Shown: positions 26,650-38,182 of the stretch, one piece after another
Position numbering within the stretch: the stretch's first letter is position 1
Layout: each line of letters opens with the position of its first letter
The notes under the pieces: model-generated
The model's database searches: none
What the model saw: the letters and a program-made list of their open reading frames with translations, nothing else
Told to the model about the DNA's origin: nothing
From: Octopus sinensis
Lineage: Eukaryota
Assembly (NCBI RefSeq): GCF_006345805.1
Contig: NC_042997.1
Location: forward strand, 157,232,001-157,296,000
DNA: 64,000 nucleotides
Reading direction: 5' to 3'
Translations under genes and position numbers: made by a program

Positions 26650-26705
26650 ACACCAGCATCGGTTGTCAAGCGATGTTGGGGGGACAAACACAGGCACACA
26701 AACAT

Positions 26706-26742
<37 letters not shown>

Positions 26743-26903
26743 CGACGGTCTTCTTTCAGTTTCCGTCTACCAAATCCACTCGCAAGGCTTTGGTCGGCCC
26801 GAGACTATAGTTGAAGACACTTGCCCAAGATGCCACGCTGTGGGACTGAACCCGGAACCATGTGGCTGGTAAGCAAGCTACTTACCACACAGCCACTCCT
26901 GCG
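26650..26903 (-). mobile_element. SINE family A, 5' two-thirds
   Basis: caccagcatcggttgtcaagcg...gggactgaacccggaaccatgtgg...ccacacagccactcctgcg. Confidence 0.9.
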
Positions 26904-26925
26904 TCTCTCTCTCTCCCTCTCTCTC

Positions 26926-26982
<57 letters not shown>

Positions 26983-27100
26983 CGTGTATATATTTAGGTA
27001 TATATATACGTGTGCGCGTATGTGAGTCTTTTTCCGAATGTATGTGTGTGTGTGTGTATGTGTGTGTGTGTGTGTGTGCGTCCTTTGTGTGTGTGTGTGT

Positions 27101-27135
<35 letters not shown>

Positions 27136-27953
27136 CCTTTGTGTGGTATATGAATTGCTACTGAGAAAGCTACAGAAAATCAACGTCATATATTTTGAAC
27201 AGAAAGGGAGTAAGTGAAAATATATGGAAACAGAAATAAAAGAAAAGAAAAAAAAAAAAAGGAAAATAAGGCTGAAATATAGAAACTATGTACGTGTTGT
27301 TATGTTATGATGGATAAGAGAAAGAAAAGGGAGAGAGAAACAAATGAAAGAAAGAAATGGAATGGTGATTAATTTATGATTACACAAACATATTAATACA
27401 ATTCCATACATGAGTTCGTATCCACACACACACACACACACACACAGATACACACACGCGCACACACAAATACACACATACATATATTCATACATGTATA
27501 TGAAAATAGAAAATCGAAGGTGAGATAATAGAAAAAGTTAGGAAACAGGGAATGTCTTAAATAACATTAGGGGATACGGGAAGCAAGATAATGCAACTGT
27601 CCCTCGGAATCCTTTAGTGCCTGCCACATAGATAACTAGGTATAATGGATTGGTTCCAGTCAACAACAGAAGTTTGGCGTGTCAGATGAGGAATTCGCGT
27701 CAATTTCGTGGTATAACTCCATAAAACTGAAGCATGGTAAAAATGGGGAGTTAGCATATTGGCCAACATAGTTAACAGTAGTCTAGATCAGCAGTTACTA
27801 GATCCACGGGAGATGAGATGACATGGGATGAAATGTGCTTTGGTGCTACGTGGTGATGTATAGTTAGAGAAACCTCACCGCGGGTAAGCAGGAGTCTGTT
27901 TCACCTCCTGTCTCTAGGTTGAAAATATGCTTGCATGCCTATTGCTCTCTCTG

Positions 27954-27996
<43 letters not shown>

Positions 27997-28061
27997 GTCT
28001 CTCTCTCTCACTCTCTTTCTCTTTCTCTCGATTTCATCTTTATATATATTATATATCTAAC

Positions 28062-28262
28062 GTTTACTTGTTTCAGTCAATAGACCGCGGCTATCCTACG
28101 GAGCCACCTTGAAAGGTTTTAGTCGAGGAAATCTACCTCAAGACTTATTCTTTGTAAGCCTAGTACTTATGCTATCGGTTACTTTTGCCGAATCTCTAAG
28201 TTACGGGTACGTAAACTCACCAACATCAGTTGTCAAGAACACAACTCATAAAGACACAGACA
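28062..28262 (-). mobile_element. SINE family A, 3' half
   Basis: tttacttgtttcagtcaatagaccgcggc...aagcctagtacttat...gttgtcaag. Confidence 0.85.
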
Positions 28263-28311
28263 CATGAATATATACATATACATATATATATATATATGTA
28301 TATATGTATAT

Positions 28312-28397
<86 letters not shown>

Positions 28398-28537
28398 TAA
28401 GGAGATGTACTTGCATAGCAAGTGATTTGATTTGAGATCGTGTGCTGGAACGAAAACAATTGCAGCGTGGAATGTGTTTGTAAATCATTTAAGAAACACA
28501 CAAAAGCCGTTCGATTCACTTCAACATTTAAGTTTAA

Positions 28538-28588
28538 TTTGTCAAAATATTTTCGTCGCTTTAAGACCGCGACCTGTTCACTGACAAA
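28538..28588 (-). ncRNA. Candidate hammerhead variant with swapped G3:C8 pair (core GUGAACA), inside a ~230-bp repeat (28390-28620) next to (TA)n
   Basis: Minus strand: UUUGUCA-GUGAACA-G-GUCGC-ggucuuaaa-GCGAC-GAA-AAUAUU-U-UGACAAA; 7-bp stem I, 5-bp stem II, self-complementary stem III, NUH triplet UUU. Confidence 0.55.
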
Positions 28589-28636
28589 AATCCGAATTTT
28601 GTCAGTGAACAGGTGAACATATATAATTATGAACAA

Positions 28637-29317
28637 CTAGCTGAGGTACCCGGTAAGAAATTACCGTTTATAAGATGTCTGTTAATAGGCATGACACATC
28701 TTTCGTCAAATTTCGGCATTTTTCAAAAAATTAAAATCTATATTGACGAAAAAAATTAGCAGAGTCTGGTAGCGAACCCGTGTCGTCGTCATTTTTGTGC
28801 ATGTGCGTAATATGACGAAATTTTACGCTTTGGGGCAGATTTCCTCAAATTGATGACGGCTAGTGAGCAAAATGCCTAAATTTTGCTTGAGAAATAAAAT
28901 GCTCTTACCCGATTAAAACCTGAAACGCTGGGGAACTAAAACAATGAATTGAAATAATAAGTTTTAGCAAATCAAAACAATTCGCATTGAAATGAAGAAT
29001 TAGCAAATGCTAAATAGATGACCGTTAATTAGCTGTCTCTTTATGCCCATGAAACAATTTTCGTCAAATTTCAGCATTTTTCGCCGAATTGATGTCAAGA
29101 TGGCTAATGCGAAAAATGCCGAAATTTTACGATTTTTGAAAAATCGATGCTGATTGAAAATCGATTTTAAAAAAAATTCCAAGTGCATAAGTGACCGCTT
29201 GGGTATAAGGACCCCCTACCATCACGTGTCAAGTTTCATCAAGGTCTGTTGGATAGCCTCGGAGGAGTTAAAGTAACAAAATCACAAATATACAAACTTG
29301 CCATTAATTATTATAGA
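28637..29317 (-). mobile_element. Non-autonomous Helitron
   Basis: Minus strand starts A|TC, ends with hairpin cggtaa-tttc-ttaccg then gtacctcagCTAG|T; shares tgatgaaacttgacac with the element at 10342. Confidence 0.8.
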
Positions 29318-29499
29318 TATCGAACGCACATAAACATGGTATGTTTTTTGCAAGTTCGGGGGCAGGTTGCGATTTATAGGCGTAAGAGAATACATTCACA
29401 TCGATTCGCCTGGTTTTAAAGCACCTGGAATCATAGACAAGCAAGATAACTCGCATCAGGCCCCTTGATGTGTGTGTGTATCTATATCAATCTATCTAT

Positions 29500-29535
<36 letters not shown>

Positions 29536-29544
29536 TGTGTGGTA

Positions 29545-29930
29545 AGGAGTGGCTGTGTGGTAAGTAGTTTGCATACCAACCACATGGTTCCGGGTTCAGT
29601 CCCACGGCGTGGCACCTTCGGCAAGTGTCTTCTACTATAGCCTTGGACTGACCAAACCCTTGTGAGCGGATTTGGTAGACGGAAACTGAAAGAAGCCCAT
29701 CATATATATGTGTATATATATATATATATGTTTGTGTGTTTGTGCGTCAGTGTTTGTCCTCCAAACATCGCTTGACAACCGATGCTGGTTTGTTTACGTC
29801 CCCGTAACTTAAGAGATCGATAGAATAAGTACTAGGCTTACAAAGAATAAGTCCTGGGGTCGATTTGCTCGACTAAAGGCGGTGCTCCAGCATGGCCGCA
29901 ATCAAATGACTAAAACAACTAATGAGTATA
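29545..29930 (+). mobile_element. SINE family A, near full length (extra partial head at 29950-30070)
   Basis: ggagtggctgtgtggtaag...gggttcagtccc...gctcgactaaaggcggtgctccagcatggccgc. Confidence 0.92.
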
Positions 29931-30444
29931 CATACACATGTGTATATGTAGGCGTAGCTGTGTGGTAGAAGTTTACCTCCCAAACACTTAGTTCCAGGTG
30001 TAGTCCCGCGGTGTTGCATCTTGGGCGAGTGTTTTCTGCTATAGCTCTGGACCGACCAAAACCCTGAAAGAAGTATGTATGTTTGTGTGTGTGTGTGTGT
30101 ACTTCTGTAAATTCCAGTTATTGTGCCGATATGGTAAACGGCATGGGGCATATTTAGCCATGGGAACAACGTTAGCATTACATCTAGACTTGGTGTTTAC
30201 TATGCGAATCTTCCTGGAAGAGTCTAATGGAATTTCAGCTGAGAAATAGGCGGCCATCAGATATTTGCTAATGTTTCTGAGAACTCAACGGCCTGGAGTG
30301 ATTGATATTTAATCCTATTTTAAGCACATCATTGCCTACCCACTTTCTTTACTTGTTTCTTTCTTTCTTTCTTTCTTAATTTAGCTAAATTTACATGTTC
30401 GCTTATGACCGTCAGCACTATTAACTAAGTCTACATTACCTCGT

Positions 30445-30940
30445 CTGAAGAGGTCCACCACCCCCAGCACCAAAACCATCCCCACCACAACCATCACTAC
30501 CACCACCACCACCATCACCACAATCACGCATACCACCACAACAACAATCACTACCAGAACTACCACCGCCACCACCACTACCACCATCACCACCACCACA
30601 CCACACCACACCACCCACCACTTATAATTTTTGAAATCTGGTAAAATCACTGGCAATGATGACGATGATGATTATGATGATGACGATGATGATGAGGAAG
30701 ACGATGATGAGGAGGACGATGATGATGAGGAAGACGAGGAGGATGAGGATGGGGGTAGTAATGATGGTAGCAACAATGTAGTTCTTCATGACAATGTTGA
30801 AGACGGTGATGATGATAATAACGACGACGACGATAACAACGACGAAGATGATGATGACGATGATGATGATAATGATGATGATGATGACGACGACGACAAC
30901 GATAATGACGACGACTACGATGACGTCTACGACGACGGCG
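30445..30940. repeat. (CAC)n then (GAT/GAC/GAG)n imperfect trinucleotide arrays
   Basis: Directly visible; produce the V-rich, G-rich and D-rich ORFs. Confidence 0.9.
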
Positions 30941-31640
30941 AGGTCTGAAAGATATCTTTTGGCTAACGAGATGTATCTTATGTCAAATGCAGGGCCGTTA
31001 GTTACCAGCTGTCATTAAGTTGCGATAATAGGTGGCGCCACCAAACGACCATTTTTTTTGTTTCTTTCATGTTTTTTAAGGGGTAGACGTTGATATGTGA
31101 AATGATGAAGTTGCGAGTCCAGACACGAAGTGAAGCACTATGTAAGATACATAATGGTTAAAAAAAAACAAACAAAAAGAAACAACTACATAGAAACCCA
31201 CAATAACAAAACACGCATGCATCAATCAAATCTGCCTTATCTCTTTCGCCATCAATCTAGACTCCGTTTTGTCTTATTTTATTCTGTTTTATTAAAAATA
31301 AGTTTTCTTCGCCCAATGTTTCTGACCCTTCAGATGTAACCTTGTAGTGAAATTTTGACTTGTAAGTCTGACTTCACTTATTTGCTTGGTGAAAGAAAGC
31401 GATGTAGAAGAACGTGAAGTCGAAAGTACAGCCATTACATACAGACGTTGCGTTTTGTCTGTTGGACTGTTGGCCGCTCTCATCTGAAGATTTGGCACGG
31501 AGACAAGTGCTGCTCATTTCTTTCTTTCTTTCTTTATTTATTCCAGAAGATATATTGCAGCATGATGTCGAGGCTTTCGATTTGAGTTTTTTTTTACGAA
31601 AGTAAGAATGTGTGTGTATGTATCTATGTATGTACGTACA

Positions 31641-31682
<42 letters not shown>

Positions 31683-31914
31683 ATGAAATGGATAAATGAA
31701 TTACTTGTTCCGGATATTCAAAATTTAACCGATACCTGTGTAGCAAAAATCACACCAGAAAAGGACACGGTTGAGGTTACGACCATGGGGTTTCGCCTTG
31801 AAACATGTGTAGAAAATAATAAAAAGGAATTTTGTAGAATCTTCATTCGGCTCCATTTCTTCCCTTCACTATATATATATATGTATATATATGTATATGT
31901 ATATATATGTATAT

Positions 31915-31946
<32 letters not shown>

Positions 31947-31999
31947 ATATATTATATATATATATATATAATATATATATATATATATAATATATATAT

Positions 32000-32052
<53 letters not shown>

Positions 32053-32061
32053 ATATATATA

Positions 32062-32173
32062 CGAGGGGTGTATGAAAAGATTTGAGCCTTGAAGTCTTGT
32101 ACCTTCATCAGAAGACTTCTACCATGTTTTATATATATATTTTTGAGGCTCAAGACTTTTCATACACCCCTCG
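32062..32173. mobile_element. 112-bp mariner-type MITE
   Basis: TIRs cgaggggtgtatgaaaagatttgagcct / aggctcaagacttttcatacacccctcg, TA on both sides. Confidence 0.9.
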
Positions 32174-32715
32174 TATATATTTACTAGCTGAAGAGCTCGT
32201 CGTTGCCAGGCAATTTCTACAATAGAATGTCTTATATAAATTTCTGTTTATTCCATGTTAGACCATGCCTTCCCCGACAGATAGGCCTCTTGATTAGGAC
32301 AGATTTGTGCAACTTTTCGCCAAATTACTTTGTTGCGGATATTTTTTCCTTTTTAAATTATTTACATGTCTGTTCGACCGTTTCACATGACTTAATTGAT
32401 TAAAATTTCAGAAATTCTTACAACTCTGGTCGTCGTACTCAATACTTGTCGCTTGCATAACGCTGTTCTCGCCGTCCCTTAGATAAGTCACCCTCACTCT
32501 GATACTGCTTCTCCCTCCGACTAATACATTTTGCACCCTTCTTATTTTATCATATAATTCGCCCAACCCCACTGTGGGGAACATGATAGGTTTTTATTGA
32601 AATCCAATTAGCCTATTATTGAACTGGATGTTAGTGTAAAATGTATGCAAAGTTTTGTGAATATTGGTTTGCTGGTTTAGGCAGTAAGATGGTAAAAGAC
32701 AAAGCTTGCCATTTA

Positions 32716-32758
<43 letters not shown>

Positions 32759-32906
32759 TAAAATGGTTTGATTTTGATCCATGCGAAACTGTTAAGTCGA
32801 ACAGTTTGAATTATCATTCAAACTGTTTTAAATGATAATCCATGTAACTCCTGCTGAACAAGTTCAGTGCCCTTTCCTATCGTTTCTCCACTCATTTATA
32901 TATATA

Positions 32907-32941
<35 letters not shown>

Positions 32942-32946
<5 letters not shown>

Positions 32947-33394
32947 AATGAAACAGAGAAATACAATTGACATATACATTTATTAACATTATAAATATAA
33001 TATAATTATACTATAAAAATATATAATTTGATATAAAAAATAATTAAAACAAATATATATCCTACAATTCATTTCCATTCATAGCCCCTCGTGAATTTAT
33101 TAAAAAAATCCACATTTATATGAATTTTTGAGTCTATTTCATGATTTAGCAGTCCTTGCATAACATTTTTGTCTATTTTTTAGACAAATATTACCCTGAC
33201 GAGATTCATATACATAAATGTAATTTTTTTTATAATATACTAGTGGATATGAATCGAAACAAATTGTAAGATATACATTTGTCTTAATTATTTGCCATAT
33301 CATATCATATTATATTATATCTTTTTATTGTATAATTATAATATATTATAATGTTAATAAATTTATATTATATCAATTGTATTTCTCTATTTGA
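32942..33394. repeat. AT-rich ~450-bp foldback (diverged inverted arms)
   Basis: agagaaatacaattga...tttattaacattata at the left versus tataatgttaataaa...tcaattgtatttctct at the right. Confidence 0.85.
33185..33294 (+). ncRNA. Type I hammerhead-like motif with full stems II and III
   Basis: CUGACGA (33196-33202), stem II GAUUCAUAU:AUAUGAAUC (9 bp), GAAA, stem III ACAAAU:AUUUGU, GUC triplet (C at 33283); stem I CAAAUA:UAUUUG plus UUA:UAA but unpaired at its base. Confidence 0.65.
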
Positions 33395-33520
33395 TTTAAA
33401 ATCATACCATTTGCACGTCTGATTTTTTACTCTATTATATTATGGTATTTAACTGCAGAACCAGTGAAAATTGTGTGTTTTCCATCCCTTAGAAGGAAAT
33501 TATTTATTCCTTAGATTGAA

Positions 33521-33919
<399 letters not shown>

Positions 33920-35574
33920 TATGTATATAACAAAGTAAACTACCGCACGAGTGAAATTATATAGGAAGGAGGGTTTGAAAATGCAGAGGTGTTTTGAATA
34001 TGTTTATTGACTTGACCGGTTTCAATTTTTTAAAAAGAGATTTTCAAAAGTAAAATGTAAGGCTTTGTGTAACCTTTGTTGTGTTAAAAAATGGTTATCA
34101 TAAATATAATAAAATACAGAGATACAGTCTTTGACAATGATAAGAAAATGTTTTTTCTTTGAGTGTGTGCGTGTCATTTTTCACTGGAGAACGGGCGTAC
34201 TGTGTTCGTGAATATGTGTACGTATGTATGTATATATGAGTGTGTGTGTGAGGGGTCGTGTTGTATTTGCATGTTCGTGAGTGTATCTGTGTATTTGTGG
34301 GTGTGTTTGTGTGAGTGTGTCTTGTAATTGTCAAGGCAGTATGTATGTGTGCATGTAGTGTTTATGTATGTGTGTATGTGTGTGTATGTGAGTGTTAGGT
34401 GTGATTCGTGTTGCATTTTTAATATAACAAATATGTTGTGCCTGTTGTCCATCAGGTTTAGTGGCAGTTTGTTTTTGTTGCTGTTTAACTTTATATTAGA
34501 CCTGATGACCTATAGACATATGATTGAAGGTATTCCAGTCACGACCATCCCATTTATTTTCAGTTATAATATACCATCTTTGACTACATTATCTAATGTA
34601 TCTCTTTTTAAGGTGGTAGTGTGTGATTTCTGGATATTGTTTTTAGTGGCTCAAGCGAACATTCAGAGACTCTTACTTAAGCGCTGTTTTTATTTAGCTT
34701 ATGGTAGAATTCAACGTGTACAAAAGTACAGTGAGAAACCCACCTATAATGTATTAAATAGTTTGAGAAATATCTCATTTCTTAGATATAGGTGGCAGTG
34801 AACAGCAAATATATCCCAAGCAACTATATATTTAAGTATATATAGATAACAAGGGGAATTACACTATAACTAAAAGGTGCTTCAACTGCTTCCAGCGATG
34901 GTTTAAAATCTCCAGTGAACCAACGAAGAAAATGTAGATATTTCTTGCATTATTATTATTATTTAACACATGCCCCACCGGCTTTAAACATACACAATCT
35001 GTTCTTTTATGATTCTTGCGTGATTTGTGAACAACCAATCAAAGTGATAATTAAAAGGAAAGCCTACAGCTTCGTTTTTTGTGAGCAAGGTAGTGTCGCA
35101 GAGCGAGATATATTCGTACTTGCTTGCATAACAAAAATTACTTATTCCTTACCGGCGTGACTGTGTGATAAGAAGCTTGCTTCTCAACTAGGTGGTTCTG
35201 TGATTCTTTTGGCAAGTGTCTTCTACAATAGCCTCGAGTCGACCAAAGCCTTGTGAGAGCATTAACAGTGTTTGTTCCAGTGCTGTAGTGTGCAAGTAAT
35301 TCATGAATCAAACTATCTGGTAAGAATGCACTGTTAACGTAACTCGGTCTAACTGGTTTATTTATAAAATTTGCGTATCTCGGAGATCAGGTAGTCAATT
35401 CAGGTCGACCCACTACCTCACCGCATCGAGAGGTCAGAACCCGATAGTGTGGAAATGTAATTAGAATGTGGCAGGAAAAAATCGCGAGACGGATACCAAA
35501 CCGAACATATATATATATATATATATATAGGGTTACCCGTGCATCTCGAGCATCAGTAGTAAGTGTAAGGCAAT

Positions 35575-37015
35575 GGACAAGATGTTATAGCTAAAGCTCA
35601 AAGAAGACTACCCCAGTTTAAGAGCATGGTTTAAACTAAATGAAGACGATGACGATGCGTGACAACTTCTTTGTACTGAAATACTCTGCTACTATGGTTT
35701 TAACAACAGGGCATATGAATGGAAAAAAGTGCACAACTTATTCTACCAGACTGAGGGATACTGAAATGTTACATCTTCGCCTGTTTCCACTACATGATCA
35801 AGCTATCAGAAGTTTAAAAAATTTGCAAACTGTAAATGATAAAGTATTTGTAGCATTTCAAGAAACAGCAGATAAACACAATTTGCTTCCTAATGATAAG
35901 AGTGGATGAGATGCCTAGAAGAAACTGCAGGTGTTGATATGCCATCTCTGTTGAGGAAATCTATGCAGCTATGTGTGAATTTAACATGCCAAATGATCTG
36001 TAAAACGGTATCAACAAGCATGAAAATGCAGGCATTGAAAACTTTCAGCGAATGTACTGGAGAGAGATTTCTATTAGAATATCTCCCGTAAGGAGTTAGA
36101 TATGGCATTCTTTTACATTTTCCCGTTCCAATTGGTAATTATGCTTATCAAATATGTTGGGAAAATAATCCCGGGCTGAAGAGATTAAATATTCTTAATT
36201 GCCGGTAGAATAATTATTGAGAAAAGCGTCTGTGTCATCGATAATGGCGAAACAAGAGTTTTTCTTTTTAAATGAATCTGGTGAAATTCATACTCAAGCA
36301 GGGCCACGGTTCTTCCATTGGTTCCAACTAGAATAGCCGCTGATTCTCTTAAGGAAGAGTGGTTTGTGCAAAGTAGTTTTAAATTTGTAGTAGGAACATC
36401 AATGTCATCAATGAGAATATCATGTCATGGTCTATAGCATATTTATGATGTATTTCGATGTCGGAGAACAAGAATTTAATTATTGAATATTGAGAATTAG
36501 TTATAGGGTTTTAGTTAACAATGCTGGGCTTCAGGATGACAATTTCTATACCATCAGGAATTATTGCCAATTAAGATAATATAGACCTAATTTACAGAAA
36601 TTCAGCCAACAGTTGCAATGATGAGCGAATTGCTGAGTTATTCATAAAACATATACATCCTATAAAACAGGGGGACACCGTCACTCAGCAACGACATTCT
36701 GCCGCTCACACAGGGTGTACCTAAAGAATATAAAAGTAATGATTCTGTTCCTTTTGACGATGATGATCAGGCTCAAGATATTCTGGTGAGAATTTTAAAC
36801 AAAACCCATCTGGAATGTTTGCTTGTATTTTGAAAGTGAAAGCGATGTCAACACGTAAAGTAAATTCACGAAACGACTTACTAAATGGTACTGGGATGCT
36901 CTTTAAAGAAATTCTCACTCGCTTTATTCATGCTGAAATATTAACAGGCAGCATTGTAGGCTATGCTGATCGGGTAACTTTAAAGCTTGGTCTGCTGCCA
37001 TCTAAAAATCGGCAA
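35575..37015 (+). pseudogene. Decayed Helitron Rep/helicase fragments
   Basis: LRAWFKLNEDDDDA; LQTVNDKVFVAFQETADKHNLLPND/W/RCLEETAGVDMPS; TVLPLVPTRIAADSL; NDLLNGTGMLFKEILTRFIHAEILTG. These resemble successive RepHel segments, with stops, frameshifts and deletions. Confidence 0.75.
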
Positions 37016-37039
37016 CACCACACACACACACACACACAT

Positions 37040-37073
<34 letters not shown>

Positions 37074-37901
37074 GCACACACACACACACAGACACACACA
37101 CACACATGCGCGCACGCACGCACACAGACACACACACACACACATACACACACACACACATACACACACACATACACATACACACAAAAGAACAGTAATT
37201 GTCTATGTTGTACATGGCATTGGCCACATGTTTTTTTTAAGGGCTATGTATCTGTTATTTCTAGCAGATTGCTCGACCGTGCAAAGGCTTTCTTTCATTT
37301 GGGGAACACAGGTCGAGACTGATCATGACATTAACTATATCTGATAATGAAAATATTATCAAACACAAATTAGTAACAGAATATCTTATCAAGTCAAACG
37401 GTTAGGAAAGCGGGCAGTTGGAAACGGTAGATATTCAGAAATTGCAGACTTAGCTTTTCGCTCTATAACTGAGATTTTCGTATCGCATGAGTTCCTGTCT
37501 AATTGGAATAAACTAAGTTTAGCAGAATCTTGACATTTATCTTTTGTCAATCAAACGTGCAGTTCAAAGTTCAGACGATTTTCAGTTCCTTTAGAAAAAC
37601 TGTATTTCGAGAATTTTTTTTGTCGTATTTACGGCAGCACACTTAATACGAATTTTGTTGTCTAGGGAGATTTTCCCAACCATTTAAAGCTGCTACAAGC
37701 GATTAACACGAAGAGATTTATTATTTAAACAGGTATGGCGGTATGGTTAAGAAATTCAGCTTGCATGCATGTCGTTTCAAGTTCGGTTCCACTGTGTAGC
37801 ATCTTGGTCAGGTGCAAAAGACCATCGTATGTCTAGCTATTTATCTACCTATCACTGTCAGTTTGTCTGTCTCTATGTATGCCTGTCTGTCCGTCTGTCT
37901 G

Positions 37902-37950
<49 letters not shown>

Positions 37951-38015
37951 TTCTCTATATATAAACAAACTTTTGAAAGAGTTGAATATGTTGGTATTTT
38001 ATAAATAAGGAAGTA

Positions 38016-38162
38016 AATTTCGAACGCAGTAAAACTGTAAGAACAGCGGAGAAAGACTGGGTATTTACCCTCATAAACCAGATAAAGTTGCTAGCAGTAG
38101 GTTCGCCTGCTGGTAACTTGTTTTTTCTCTGCTGTTCTTACAGCTTTACTGCGTCCGAAATT
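38016..38162. repeat. ~150-bp nested foldback (MITE-like)
   Basis: 39-bp outer arms (38016-38054 / 38124-38162, 3 mismatches) and 13-bp inner stem (38085-38097 / 38107-38119). Confidence 0.85.
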
Positions 38163-38182
38163 ACATTCTTAATTGTAATATA

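Noticed and set aside
30631-30948. Asp/Glu-rich 105-aa ORF
   Set aside because: Lies wholly in a (GAT/GAC) trinucleotide array beside a (CAC)n array, with no splice or homology support
31031-31042. GGTGGCGCCACC palindrome, partly CTCF-like
   Set aside because: Too short, and the 5' half of the CTCF motif is absent; chance cannot be excluded
31548-31602. Possible 55-bp micro-exon (ttccag|...aaa|gtaaga; DILQHDVEAFDLSFFLR)
   Set aside because: The pyrimidine tract is a (TTTC)n microsatellite, the peptide is unrecognised, and no other exons support it
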